Positions 1-10,369 of a DNA stretch of 64,000 nucleotides are shown in pieces. Origin of the DNA: a virus; IMG/VR virus record IMGVR_UViG_3300019757_000003, positions 50,271 to 114,270 of that record. One strand, written 5' to 3'. How positions within the stretch are numbered: the stretch's first letter is position 1; every line of letters starts with the position of its first letter. The position numbers and the translations under genes were made by a program. The notes under the pieces are model-generated. The model had not been told where the DNA came from, ran no database searches, and was given only the letters and a program-made list of their open reading frames with translations.

Positions 1-2
1 CT

Positions 3-308
3 AGTAATCCGAAGTTCAGAGAAAACATTTTAAAAGAAGGACTGACCCCTCAAATAGGGGAGTGCTACGAACTACATTATGAGAGTTGGTATACATCTAA
101 TATGGGACCAGTTGTCTTCTTAAGACTGAAGGAAGAGAGTGACACACTACCTTGGGATAGTACTTATGATGACGATATTTGGGAAGTGAAAATGGATAAA
201 GAAGTTAAACTATTTGAAGACCCTAGTATGAAGTTCCCACAAGTCTATACAAAAGAGATAATAAAACCTACAAACCTTAAGCTAATATATAAAGGGACCT
301 GGGAGTAG
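3..308 (+). CDS. 5'-truncated ADP-ribosyltransferase/Tpt1-like fold protein
   Basis: Frame is open from the window edge: SNPKFRENILKEGLTPQ...PVVFL...IWEVKM...VYTKEIIKPTNL, resembling the (H)..ILxxGLxP / VFL / IxPxxL pattern of Tpt1/ART folds. Confidence 0.45.
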   Translation, partial: SNPKFRENILKEGLTPQIGECYELHYESWYTSNMGPVVFLRLKEESDTLPWDSTYDDDIWEVKMDKEVKLFEDPSMKFPQVYTKEIIKPTNLKLIYKGTWE

Positions 309-317
309 GTTACACAA

Positions 318-418
318 CTAGCTAATGTCGGAAGCACAGAGTACTGAAGAGTACAGACTGGTAAGTCCGATTCTTACGATTGAGGAAGGAAGGAATGGTT
401 CGAGTCCATTCAGCTAGA
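318..418 (+). ncRNA. tRNA-like element with two T-loop hairpins (not a canonical tRNA)
   Basis: CTAGCTA(318-324)/CAGCTAG(411-417) acceptor-like stem; T-arm AATGG-TTCGAGT-CCATT; internal GTAAG-TCCGATT-CTTAC; intergenic. Confidence 0.5.
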
Positions 419-497
419 TACAAAAAAAAGTAAAATAAAGGAAAGATATGAGTAAAATAGATTACGGTTCGCAAGAACTATTAGATAAGAAGATCCT

Positions 498-818
498 ATG
501 AATGAAATTAAAGTAGGGATGATATATCATAAATTAGACGGTTATACACCTATATATATAGGTCGTAATGGAGCTAAGAATAAAGATGTTAAGAGATACA
601 ATCTAGGTAATCCTTTCACTGCTCAAGAGTTTGGATTAGTAGAATGTATAAATATGTACGAAGACTATTTAAGACAGAATATGGAGCTACTAGACCCATT
701 AAAAGAGGAATTGAAGAAGAATAATATATTACTCAAATGCTTTTGTAAGGGTGTTATAGACAACCAGAAACTCTGCCATGGAGATGTTATTAGAAAATTA
801 TTAAAGGAAACAATATGA
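498..818 (+). CDS. DUF4326 family protein
   Basis: YIGR...LGNPF...CFCK...CHGDVI signature. Confidence 0.85.
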   Translation: MNEIKVGMIYHKLDGYTPIYIGRNGAKNKDVKRYNLGNPFTAQEFGLVECINMYEDYLRQNMELLDPLKEELKKNNILLKCFCKGVIDNQKLCHGDVIRKLLKETI

Positions 819-1102
819 TAGACTATGAAGTAGTAGGCAAGATGTTTAAAATTACAATCACAAGAGATTGTATTATGAGAGTTAAAGTTCCAGAGGATAC
901 TCCACTAATAGATGTTACCCTATGGAATAATAGGTGTAAGGAGATTCTTAAGTACTTTATGGAGAATCCTTATAAGGTTACACTTAGAGCTATGACAAAA
1001 CAAATAGAGGGTAACTTAGTTCTGAGAGTAAATAACAACACAAAAGAACCTGTATTTAAAGTAGTAGGTACAGAAGTAAAGGAAATAAATGGAAAACAAT
1101 AA
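815..1102 (+). CDS. hypothetical protein
   Basis: ORF with AAGGA SD, overlapping both neighbours. Confidence 0.6.
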   Translation: MIDYEVVGKMFKITITRDCIMRVKVPEDTPLIDVTLWNNRCKEILKYFMENPYKVTLRAMTKQIEGNLVLRVNNNTKEPVFKVVGTEVKEINGKQ

Positions 1103-2210
1103 GAGAAAGTTAGTATCCATAAGAGAGATTAAAGATTTATTGCCTATTAAAGGTGCAGATTTCATTGAAAACGCAATTGTAGATGGTTGGGGGTTAGTCG
1201 TTAAAAAAGGAGAGTTTCAAGTAGGAGATATGTGCGTATTTTTTGAAATTGATTGTTTCTTACCTATAGAAGAGAGATACTCATTTTTAGGTAAAACTAC
1301 TGAATTTAGAAATGCTCAAGGATATAGACTAAAAACTATTAAGCTGAGAAAGACTTTATCACAAGGATTGGCTTTACCATTGAGTATGTTCCCAGAAATC
1401 AAAAGACCTAAGCTAGGCCTAGAAGTAACAGAACTACTTAAAGTAAGAAAGTGGGAACGTATTGAGAACGTACAGAATGTGCAAAAGTCGAGTAAAGTAA
1501 GAGTATTTCCTTCAGAGATACCTAAGACAGACCAAGAGAGAATTCAAAACCTAACTTGGTACTTTGACAAATTACAAGATATGGAATTTGAAGAAACCTT
1601 AAAGTTAGATGGAAGTTCTATGACTTGCTACAAGACTACTGATAAAACACCTTTCTTACAAAGAGTAATCAGATTATTTAAAACAGGAAAATACACTATC
1701 CCTCACTTTGGAGTGTGTTCCAGGAATGTAGAACTATACCAAGATAAACCTTTCTTCAAACTATTCACTAATTCAGATAAAGCCTCTGAATTTAGTACTA
1801 CAACCTTTTGGGAACTAGCTATTAGAGAAGATTTAGAGTCTAAGTTACCATTTGGTTACGCTATTCAAGGAGAACTACTAGACACTAAAATCCAAAGCAA
1901 TCATGAGAAAGTAGATAGACCAGAGTACAGAATCTTTGATGTGTATAATATTTTAGAGAAAAGATACTTAACACCTGCAGAGAGGAAAATCTTCCTAGAA
2001 ACTACTAAGTTAGACTACTTAAGTGTTCCTATTGTAGAGCCAAGTATTAAGATATTCAAAAAATGTACTACAGTACAAGATTTACTAAAAAGAGTAGAAG
2101 GTATCTCTATGAATCCTCAAACAGTATCTGAAGGTAGGGTCTATAAGAGTGTAGATGGTAAAATTACATTCAAAGCTGTGAGTAACAAGTACTTAATGAA
2201 AGAAGACTAA
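1089..2210 (+). CDS. ATP-dependent RNA ligase, DRB0094 (Rnl5-like) family with N-terminal OB domain
   Basis: N-terminal LLPIKGADFIE..VDGW..VVKKGEF; IPKTDQERIQN; motif I KLDGSS; QGEL; FDV; EGRV; FKAVS. Confidence 0.9.
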   Translation: MENNKRKLVSIREIKDLLPIKGADFIENAIVDGWGLVVKKGEFQVGDMCVFFEIDCFLPIEERYSFLGKTTEFRNAQGYRLKTIKLRKTLSQGLALPLSMFPEIKRPKLGLEVTELLKVRKWERIENVQNVQKSSKVRVFPSEIPKTDQERIQNLTWYFDKLQDMEFEETLKLDGSSMTCYKTTDKTPFLQRVIRLFKTGKYTIPHFGVCSRNVELYQDKPFFKLFTNSDKASEFSTTTFWELAIREDLESKLPFGYAIQGELLDTKIQSNHEKVDRPEYRIFDVYNILEKRYLTPAERKIFLETTKLDYLSVPIVEPSIKIFKKCTTVQDLLKRVEGISMNPQTVSEGRVYKSVDGKITFKAVSNKYLMKED

Positions 2211-2236
2211 AGAGTGGTTCTTAGAAAGACTACAAA

Positions 2237-2256
2237 ACCTAGATTAATTTCTAGGT
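2237..2256. terminator. intergenic hairpin with TTAATT loop
   Basis: ACCTAGA-TTAATT-TCTAGGT after the ligase stop; no clear U-tract on +. Confidence 0.4.
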
Positions 2257-2277
2257 AAACTAAATAAAAGGATAAAG

Positions 2278-2634
2278 ATGATTAGTAAAGATTTAATGGA
2301 GGAAGTGTTAGGTATTAAACTTGAAGAAGACTATATACCAAAGCTATCCGAGTACTCACCTAATTTTTTAGAGGAGTATTGGATAGAGTCAGAGCGAATA
2401 TGGCAAGATATGATGTCAGTTTACGAATTGTCTCATTTATGTAAAATTTGGACTAAAGATAATTCAGACCTAGAGATTGTGAGTAAATTAGGAGAAGCTT
2501 GGTTCTTAAATACAAAAGATACCGATGAACCTATGTATGAACTATTTAAAGCTGACCCTGAGTATGCGTCTGTATTTCAAGCAACTCAATGGATTTATGA
2601 AAGAATTAAGGGGACTAATGGGATTAACAGATGA
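2278..2634 (+). CDS. hypothetical protein
   Basis: ORF with AAGGA SD. Confidence 0.6.
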   Translation: MISKDLMEEVLGIKLEEDYIPKLSEYSPNFLEEYWIESERIWQDMMSVYELSHLCKIWTKDNSDLEIVSKLGEAWFLNTKDTDEPMYELFKADPEYASVFQATQWIYERIKGTNGINR

Positions 2635-4246
2635 ACAACAAGCTGTAGTGGAGGCTAGCTTAACCCACCACATGGTGTTAGTACCTAGTCCAGCAGGTAG
2701 TGGTAAATCGACATTACTAGAAGGAGTAGCAGAAGCACATAACAATAAGAATTGCTTATATTTAGTTTTCAATAAAGAGATGCAAATTGAGGCTAGGGGT
2801 AGGTTTAACAGTAATGTTAAAGTGTCTACTTCTTCTGCTTTAGCTTATCATTATGTAGTTAGACTAGGTAATAGAAAATTTGAACCACACTTTAGTACAT
2901 CTCAGATAAATGAGAAAGATGTAAGCAAGAGAGACAAAGAAAAAGTAGTATTTTGGTTTGATAAGTTCTGTCAGAGTAAGTACTTAAGTATTTCTGAATA
3001 TTGTGCAACAGAACCTAAAGCTATGAAGAGGATTGAGCTAATAAAGAAATATATGAACCTGATGGTCACTTGTAAGATTCCTTCAAACTTCTCTTTTAAT
3101 ATGAAGTACTTCCATCATCAGCTAAGTAAAGGTAAAATAGATTTAGACTTAAAGTTACTTATGTTGGATGAAATTCAAGATTCTAGTCCAGTAGTATTAG
3201 AGATATTTAAACTAATAAAAGCTAAACATAAGGTAGGTGTAGGTGATCCACATCAAATGTTGTACTCATTCGCATCAGCTACTAATGGTTTCAACTACCT
3301 ACAAGACCAAAACCCTCACATTCTAAGATTGACTAAATCATTTAGAGTGACAGTGGAAGTAGCTAAAAAAATAGAACAATTTGGTAGACTATATTTAGAA
3401 CCAGACTTTGAATTTAAAGGAACTGATGGTGGGGTGGACAATGGATTAACAGCTTACTTAAGTAGGTCTAACTCTGCTCTAATATCTAGGATGGTAGAGT
3501 TACATAGAACAAAAACACCATATAGACTCACTAGAACAGTAGCATCTATATTTGAGGCAGTTAAAGTAATAATGTATCTGAATAAGAAGGGTGTTTACAA
3601 TCCACGTTACGAGTTCCTTAATAGGGGGATAAATGATTACTTTGAAGGTAAAACTAGAGCTAACTCACTAATATCTCATATTAAAGAAGAGTTTCACTAC
3701 CATTCAGAGATTCAGTCAGCTATTAATATAGTTATACAATTAGGTAGTAGGAAGTTAAAAGAGACTATGGAATTAGCTACTAAATATGCTAAGTTGCCTC
3801 AGTACAAGGCTGCTAAGACTTTGATAGCAACATCATACACAACTAAGGGTATGACAATCTCTACAGTTCATATAGACAAAGATGTACTACCTAAAGCTAA
3901 ATTATTAGACTTAACTATTAAAGACAGGACAATACAAGAGACGGAAGCACTAAACCTACTATATGTAGCAACATCGAGGAGTAACGGACAACAAGATACT
4001 ACACTATTAGACTATGCTATTAACTATAAGTTACAACAGAACACAAAAGGAAGTACAAAGGAGTTCAGAAGTAACGGAATCAGTCAAAGACATTGTACAT
4101 CTAATAAAAACATAACTAGTGGTACTGATGACTTTGGGGATCCTATTGTGAAGAAAGACGGTATGTACCTAAACAAGTATACCGGAGACTATACTAGAGA
4201 GGCACCTTCATTCACAAAATTTCTGTTAGAGGGAGTGTTATTATAG
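2618..4246 (+). CDS. SF1 (UvrD/Rep-like) DNA helicase
   Basis: LTDEQ, SPAGSGKST, LDEIQD, VGDPHQ, LTKSFR, NLLYVATSR; start moved to ATG 2618 behind AAGGGG. Confidence 0.9.
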   Translation: MGLTDEQQAVVEASLTHHMVLVPSPAGSGKSTLLEGVAEAHNNKNCLYLVFNKEMQIEARGRFNSNVKVSTSSALAYHYVVRLGNRKFEPHFSTSQINEKDVSKRDKEKVVFWFDKFCQSKYLSISEYCATEPKAMKRIELIKKYMNLMVTCKIPSNFSFNMKYFHHQLSKGKIDLDLKLLMLDEIQDSSPVVLEIFKLIKAKHKVGVGDPHQMLYSFASATNGFNYLQDQNPHILRLTKSFRVTVEVAKKIEQFGRLYLEPDFEFKGTDGGVDNGLTAYLSRSNSALISRMVELHRTKTPYRLTRTVASIFEAVKVIMYLNKKGVYNPRYEFLNRGINDYFEGKTRANSLISHIKEEFHYHSEIQSAINIVIQLGSRKLKETMELATKYAKLPQYKAAKTLIATSYTTKGMTISTVHIDKDVLPKAKLLDLTIKDRTIQETEALNLLYVATSRSNGQQDTTLLDYAINYKLQQNTKGSTKEFRSNGISQRHCTSNKNITSGTDDFGDPIVKKDGMYLNKYTGDYTREAPSFTKFLLEGVLL

Positions 4247-4286
4247 ACTATGCAATGCAATACAAATTAAATAAAGGAAAACGATA

Positions 4287-5783
4287 ATGGCTAATTGGTC
4301 AGATTTATACTTCAAAGTAGAAGTAACAAACAAGAGAAGATTCAAGAAATTCTGGAAAAAGAACGATATGTGGAGTAATCCTATATCAGTAGACACATTA
4401 GAATTTAAAGGAAATGTAGCAACTATACATGGAGATGGTAGATGGGGAGTAGGAGTAGAAGCTATAGAAGATTTACCATTTGTAGTAGAAGTACTAGATT
4501 ACTATGAGAGTGAAGGTGGATGTGATTTCTACAATGAGTTGACTGGTAGATACGACTATTTCTCAGAACCTATGATTTTAAACTATGGTGTTGAATATGC
4601 CATAGATAACTATGAACAATGTTTTGAAAGTAAAGAAGATTGTTTAAAAGAGATTGCTTTAGTAGAAAAAGTTGACAATATGCTATATCCAGATGATCCA
4701 TTAGAAGAAGATTGGTGGGAAGTTTGGATTATATAAAGGAGAAAAGGAAATAACATGTGGATATTACAATATGAAGCGAACGAATACAATCAACAAGGGT
4801 TTTACTCTACTACAGCATGGGTAAATAAACCTACTTTAGCAGAATTAGCAGGAAGACCCCTAGAAGAGCTAGATGAAGCTGCAGTAATTAGAGTAGTTAA
4901 TTTACATCAAGGTAAGGAAATAGACCGTGAAAGATTGATAGAGACAGAACCTAATGGTACAATCCCTTATTAATTTTTTTAGAAAAAAAAACAACTAAAT
5001 AAAAGGAAAAAGATGACATTAGCAGAATTTAATGAGTTATACGAGAAGACAGCAAAAGAAGAGAAAGAGAAGTACGAGTTTGAAAAAGAACAGTATACTA
5101 AAGGTATTTTTACTGAAGAGTTTAAATCTTATGACTTCCCTTTTAAAATAAAAACAACAATTAGTTCAGAAGATTTAGTAGATGTAGAACCCATTGAGGC
5201 AATAAAATACATACAAGAGTTCCTAGGAGAAGTAGGCAATTGTACAGACCTTAAGATTGGTGATGTACAACAAGACAGTGAAATAGATAACTATGAGAGT
5301 GACTTCGCTAGTGAGCTACAGTCCCTACACTACTACCAGGATATTGAAAGATTTGATTATAAATTAGATATAGTTAGACATACTAATAGAGTATTTAAAA
5401 GTAAAATTACTAAACTACTAAAACCTAAAGGTGAGTTTGCCACACTGATAATAGAGTGTAAATTTCTACAACTATACAAAAATGGTATTTTAGACTGGAA
5501 AGAACTCCAGAACCTAGTGTACTCAAATTGCAGTATATAAAGGATAGCAATGAACAAGTGTCTATACTGTACAGATAAACAAGAATCTACTCATTTTATG
5601 TGTGCTAGATGTGGAGATGGTATGTGTGATAGTTGCTATGATAGTGAAAAAGAACACGATATACACTACAACAATCCACATGAAGTCTCACCAGAGCTAA
5701 GAGAGCTTAAATGGTATGTAGACTATTTGTGCGAAGACTGTTTTAAAAGTATAGTGATAACAAAAGAGAAATATAAAGGATAG
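4287..5783 (+). other. four small hypothetical CDS (4287-4736, 4755-4973, 5013-5540, 5550-5783; the last is Cys-rich, Zn-finger-like)
   Basis: Each has an AAGGA SD; tight packing. Confidence 0.6.
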
Positions 5784-5880
5784 CAATGGAAAAATACTAC
5801 ACTAACTCATGGAAATTGTAATCTTTGATTGTGTTACTACCTCCCAACAAGGAGGTAAATAATACAAAACAAGGATAGAT

Positions 5881-6882
5881 ATGGTTAACATATTCCAAAA
5901 ACCTAATATAGCAAAAGAGACAGATTTAACAAGATATACTTTTGATGAGTCTAAAATACCTAAATGGATTGCACTAAGCTACATAAATCTAGCAGAGAAA
6001 GCTTATTCTGGTAAAAGAGAACTCAATAGAATCTCAACTACAGAATTTAGTGGTAGTGATAAACAGATATTACTAGGTCAGAGAAGACTACAAAACCCTT
6101 ACAAAGTTGATGTGAATGTACTGAATTTACAAAACAGTGTACATGGTAGTATCTTACATGAGGCTATACTAGGTGTTGAACCAGATAGGAAAGAGAAAAA
6201 GATAGGTAAGTGGACTATAAGTGGTGGTGCAGATAGAATAGAAGATGGAGTAGTTTATGATTTGAAGAATACTTCAGTTTACTCAGGTAAAGATTTATTT
6301 AGAGAATTAGACTTATGTACAGACTACTATGATTTATCACTAGAAGACTTATATGAACTCTACCCTAGTATCTTTAAATTCTTAAGTCAATTATCAATTT
6401 ATAGTTGGTTATATGACCTAAAATCTGAAGTAGGGTACATTACATTTATATTTAACAATTGGAGCTTCAAAGATAAGACTACTATACCAGGTAAAAATAT
6501 GGAAGTAGAATTTAGATTAGCTAGTCATAGTAAAGTAGAAGAATACTTAACTAAAAGACTTGAAAGAATAGAAGCTTACCAAGAAAGTGGTTACTTACCT
6601 CAATGTAATAGTAATACTACTGGAGCTAAATCTTCATCAGTATATAAAATAGTTAAACCAGGAAGCACTAACAAACGAGCAATAAATGGTTCTGGTGGAA
6701 GCCACAACACTTTACAAGCAGCATCCCAAGCACAGACTGCATTAAATGTTTACTCTGAGATATTAGAGGTAAAGAGTAACTCAGAACCTACGCTATGCCT
6801 ACAGTACTGTCAGTATAATACTGAAATAAACGGGATACCTGTGTGCATACAAGGTCAACAGATTAAACAAGAACATCAATAA
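5881..6882 (+). CDS. PD-(D/E)XK (Cas4-like) exonuclease
   Basis: GSILHE, ISGGADRIEDGVVYDLK, QLSIY, C-terminal CxxYC. Confidence 0.75.
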   Translation: MVNIFQKPNIAKETDLTRYTFDESKIPKWIALSYINLAEKAYSGKRELNRISTTEFSGSDKQILLGQRRLQNPYKVDVNVLNLQNSVHGSILHEAILGVEPDRKEKKIGKWTISGGADRIEDGVVYDLKNTSVYSGKDLFRELDLCTDYYDLSLEDLYELYPSIFKFLSQLSIYSWLYDLKSEVGYITFIFNNWSFKDKTTIPGKNMEVEFRLASHSKVEEYLTKRLERIEAYQESGYLPQCNSNTTGAKSSSVYKIVKPGSTNKRAINGSGGSHNTLQAASQAQTALNVYSEILEVKSNSEPTLCLQYCQYNTEINGIPVCIQGQQIKQEHQ

Positions 6883-6892
6883 AGGAGTATAA

Positions 6893-9613
6893 ATCAAGAA
6901 AGTTATAAAACAGAAACCAAAATTTAACAGAACATCTAACATAGAACAACTATTTAGCACTTTTAAACGTAGGTATCCTAAAGGATTACAACCAGACTCT
7001 ACTAATATAGTAGATGACGGTAGTGGTATAGACTTGCATAAATTGGATATAGAAGACCAGATAGCTACTGTAAGAGCTCAATTCTTAAATGTAAAAGTTT
7101 GGTTAGTTGAAACTGATGAAGATTTAACTAAAGTACTTAAACATAGTGAAAAATACAAATACATAGCATATGATACTGAAACTACATCTATAGATAAAGC
7201 TAAAACAGTACCAAATGTTATTATGTGGTCTTTAGCAGTTAAAGCTAATGAAGCTTTCATTGTACCTTATAAGTTTAACAAGAGGCTGTTTGAATGGATT
7301 ACTACTACAGATAAAAACATTGTTGTACAGAATGGTGGATTTGATAATAGAATTGTACACTGGAATACAGGTAAGCATATCAAAAATGCTCAAGATTTAT
7401 TGGGTATAAGTTATGTAATGTTGAACGACAGTGTATTGACACCTAGTATATCTCTGAAAACTGTAGCTAAAAAAGATTATGGTATGTGGTCTGAAAAAGG
7501 TGGAAGTTACGATATTACTGATTTACAGTACAGTGACGTAGACAATGTAGATTTACAATACTATGCTGGAATTGATGCTATGAGTTTATCACACTCTTTT
7601 TCTAAATATATAACTGAATTGGAAGCTACAGAATCAGTAGAGATAGAGAATGTTCTACCTGCTAGTCTACCTAAAGATAGAGGGTACACAAGAATGTGGT
7701 TCTACAAGAATGTGGCTATGAAACTACTACCTATTACTATAGAGTTCATGAACAATGGACTTCCATTGGACTTAGACCAAGTACATAAACTTGATACACA
7801 CTTAGACGATATTTTAGAAGAAGCTGAGAATGGTGTTAGAAAGCTAGAAACAGTCAAAACCTATTGGGAGAACTTAAGAAGTAGTAAAGCCTCTGAAGCC
7901 TCTTCTAAGTACCTAGAAACAGTAGATATAGATAATGTAAAGATATATAAATCTACTAATCAAGATTACATAAATCTATTTGTAGAGACATTATATAAAG
8001 ATAAAGTATTACCAAGTAAAGCTAAGAATTGGTCAGCTACAGTTGTTAAGACATTTGACCCTACACTAGCTCAGGCAATTAAAGATAAAGACCTTGAAAG
8101 ACTACGTTCACTCTATCCTTACGACTGTGTTTTTATACAAGTGGAAGGTCATTTAGGTAGAGTAGCAAAGTTAAAAAAGTTCAAAAAATCTCAAGAAACG
8201 GCTAAAAACCAAGTATCTAAAGTTATGCTAGACTTTGAGTTTAATCCACTAGGTTCATCTCAACAAAAGAAGTTTATCTTACAAAAAGGATTTGGTATTA
8301 AATCAAATACTAAATCTATGACTACAGGAGAAGATAGTTTCAATAGAGCTGAATTAGAAAGATTACAGAAAGAAGTACAAGAAGGTACAGAGTTGCACAC
8401 TTACTTGACACACTTACTAACCTATAGTGGTGGAGCAATTATAAAGAAAAACTTTGTTAAAAACTTCCTAGCTCACAGTACTGATGATAGTAGGATTCAC
8501 AGTTCAGTTAGATTATTTGCAACTAAGACATTTAGATTAGGTGGTGGTGGAAAAGTTAACTTACTAGCATTGCCTAGTTCACGTTCACCATTCAGTAAGC
8601 CTGTAAAGAAGTGTATTGCTGTACCTAGTGATGATTGGGTCTGGATTGGATCAGATTACCAAGCTTTAGAAGTTTCAGCGAATGCCTCTATAACACAAGA
8701 CCCCACTCTAGTTAAAATGCTTGATGAAGGCTTTGATATGCACTGCAATAACAGTGCAGCTTACTTTAAAGAGGAAATTGAAGCAATATTAAGTGTAAAT
8801 GATGGATCTATAGACTGGAATAAGAACTATAAGAAAGAGACATTTAATAATCCTAGACTAGATAAACTGAGAAGTAACTCAAAAGCTATTACCTTCTCAC
8901 TTCAATATTTGAGTGGTATACCAGGTTTATACAAAGCCGTAGGATACTTAGGAGATGTGTACGAAGATAGAGTAAAGATAGATACGGACACATACAAATT
9001 TACATTTGATGTTAAGTCTAATGGTGACTACTATGTCGCTAATCAAAATGCTAAATGGTACAGTATTGATAACTATTTAGAAATAGTGACAGATACAGAA
9101 TTACTAGAGTTCTTTAGAGTAGCTGTATTTCCAGCATATACTATGCACTACAGATACCACAATGAATTGTATTATGGTTCAAAAGAGTATAGAGACAAAG
9201 TTATTGTACCTCAAGTAAAGAAGCATAAGAACCTACATATGGGATTGGGTGCATACATAAATCAAACTAGGAGACTTAACAATGGATCTATTAGAAGCTT
9301 ATGGAATGCGGGCTTCCAGTTCTGGAGTTTATTGCCTTTAATAGCTTTAACAAAGTTTATGAAAATAGTGAGAGAAAAAGGGTATGATAATGATGTAAAA
9401 CCTATCATATCTATCTACGATTCAGTATATTTACTTGTCAGAAATGATAAAGAGATAATAAAATGGGTTGCAGAAACATTACAACCTATATTGGAAGCAC
9501 AGTATCTAATAGACCAACCAATACCACTAGTGAGTGATATAGAAATATCCACAACTAATTGGGCTGAATTTATAAGCTATAAAGAGTGGCTAGAAACAAC
9601 TGTAAGTGATTAG
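6893..9613 (+). CDS. polA: DNA polymerase, family A, with 3'-5' exonuclease
   Basis: ExoI YDTETT, ExoII QNGGFD, ExoIII YAGIDA; motif A DYQALE, motif B RSNSKAITFSLQY (Phe at the 762-equivalent), motif C IYDS. Frame is open back to ATC 6893 behind AAGGAG. Confidence 0.92.
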   Translation: MKKVIKQKPKFNRTSNIEQLFSTFKRRYPKGLQPDSTNIVDDGSGIDLHKLDIEDQIATVRAQFLNVKVWLVETDEDLTKVLKHSEKYKYIAYDTETTSIDKAKTVPNVIMWSLAVKANEAFIVPYKFNKRLFEWITTTDKNIVVQNGGFDNRIVHWNTGKHIKNAQDLLGISYVMLNDSVLTPSISLKTVAKKDYGMWSEKGGSYDITDLQYSDVDNVDLQYYAGIDAMSLSHSFSKYITELEATESVEIENVLPASLPKDRGYTRMWFYKNVAMKLLPITIEFMNNGLPLDLDQVHKLDTHLDDILEEAENGVRKLETVKTYWENLRSSKASEASSKYLETVDIDNVKIYKSTNQDYINLFVETLYKDKVLPSKAKNWSATVVKTFDPTLAQAIKDKDLERLRSLYPYDCVFIQVEGHLGRVAKLKKFKKSQETAKNQVSKVMLDFEFNPLGSSQQKKFILQKGFGIKSNTKSMTTGEDSFNRAELERLQKEVQEGTELHTYLTHLLTYSGGAIIKKNFVKNFLAHSTDDSRIHSSVRLFATKTFRLGGGGKVNLLALPSSRSPFSKPVKKCIAVPSDDWVWIGSDYQALEVSANASITQDPTLVKMLDEGFDMHCNNSAAYFKEEIEAILSVNDGSIDWNKNYKKETFNNPRLDKLRSNSKAITFSLQYLSGIPGLYKAVGYLGDVYEDRVKIDTDTYKFTFDVKSNGDYYVANQNAKWYSIDNYLEIVTDTELLEFFRVAVFPAYTMHYRYHNELYYGSKEYRDKVIVPQVKKHKNLHMGLGAYINQTRRLNNGSIRSLWNAGFQFWSLLPLIALTKFMKIVREKGYDNDVKPIISIYDSVYLLVRNDKEIIKWVAETLQPILEAQYLIDQPIPLVSDIEISTTNWAEFISYKEWLETTVSD

Positions 9614-9662
9614 AAATTAACAAATAAGGTTTCACTTACAAAAAAAACAATAAAGGACAACA

Positions 9663-10330
9663 ATGAAAGACAAAGAACTAATACTAAAGAAAGGATACAC
9701 TATAAAAGTAGTATCTTGGGAAGATGATGGAGACAACTATAAAACACAAGAAGTGAATACACAGTCTATAGAAGATTTAAAGTACTTTATAGATATTTGT
9801 GATTTCTGCAGTGAGACAGATAATGGAACTTCAATAGCTAATGAGTATAGCTACTCTCCTAATGACAAGCAGAGAGAAGCTATAATCAACCTTCTTAACA
9901 AACACAATATCACTATTGATAAAGATTATGAGGATTTAGACGTATTCTTTGCACAAGCGCAAGCACTTCTAGGGTACTCAGAGTACTACTTAACTAGAGT
10001 ATGTGATAGCTACACAGTAGTGCATTCAGATGTAGATATATACGCTAAAAAGGTTGATGTAAGTCAACTGTAAGCACTCTTAATTGAGTGCAACCAAATT
10101 AAAGGAGAAGAATGAAAACTGAACATGATAAACTAGACGTAACTGAGGATACTTACAGTTTCTTTTTATTCACACAATTGTACCTACTACGAAGACAAAA
10201 TAATACAGAATATGATTTACTGTACTTAGAGATAAGAAAAGACTTTGTAAAATTCATAAATAGTACCTACAATACAGGTGACTATGGATTATACGAATGT
10301 ATAGAACAGTACTTAGAAAACAGTGAATAA
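9663..10330 (+). other. two hypothetical CDS (9663-10073, 10112-10330) separated by a GCACTC-TTAATT-GAGTGC hairpin (10074-10091)
   Basis: ORFs with SD; perfect 6-bp stem. Confidence 0.6.
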
Positions 10331-10369
10331 GTACAAAAGTCCTACAAAAAAAATTAAAAAAGGAGACGG

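Noticed and set aside
318-418. Canonical tRNA gene
   Set aside because: No D-arm or anticodon arm at the proper spacing and no CCA.
5881-6882. CRISPR-Cas association of the Cas4-like nuclease
   Set aside because: No repeat-spacer array or other cas gene is visible; the context is replication.
2237-10091. TTAATT-loop hairpins as vRNAP promoters
   Set aside because: N4 vRNAP promoters have 3-nt loops and lie in the early region; these follow stop codons and look like terminators or processing sites.
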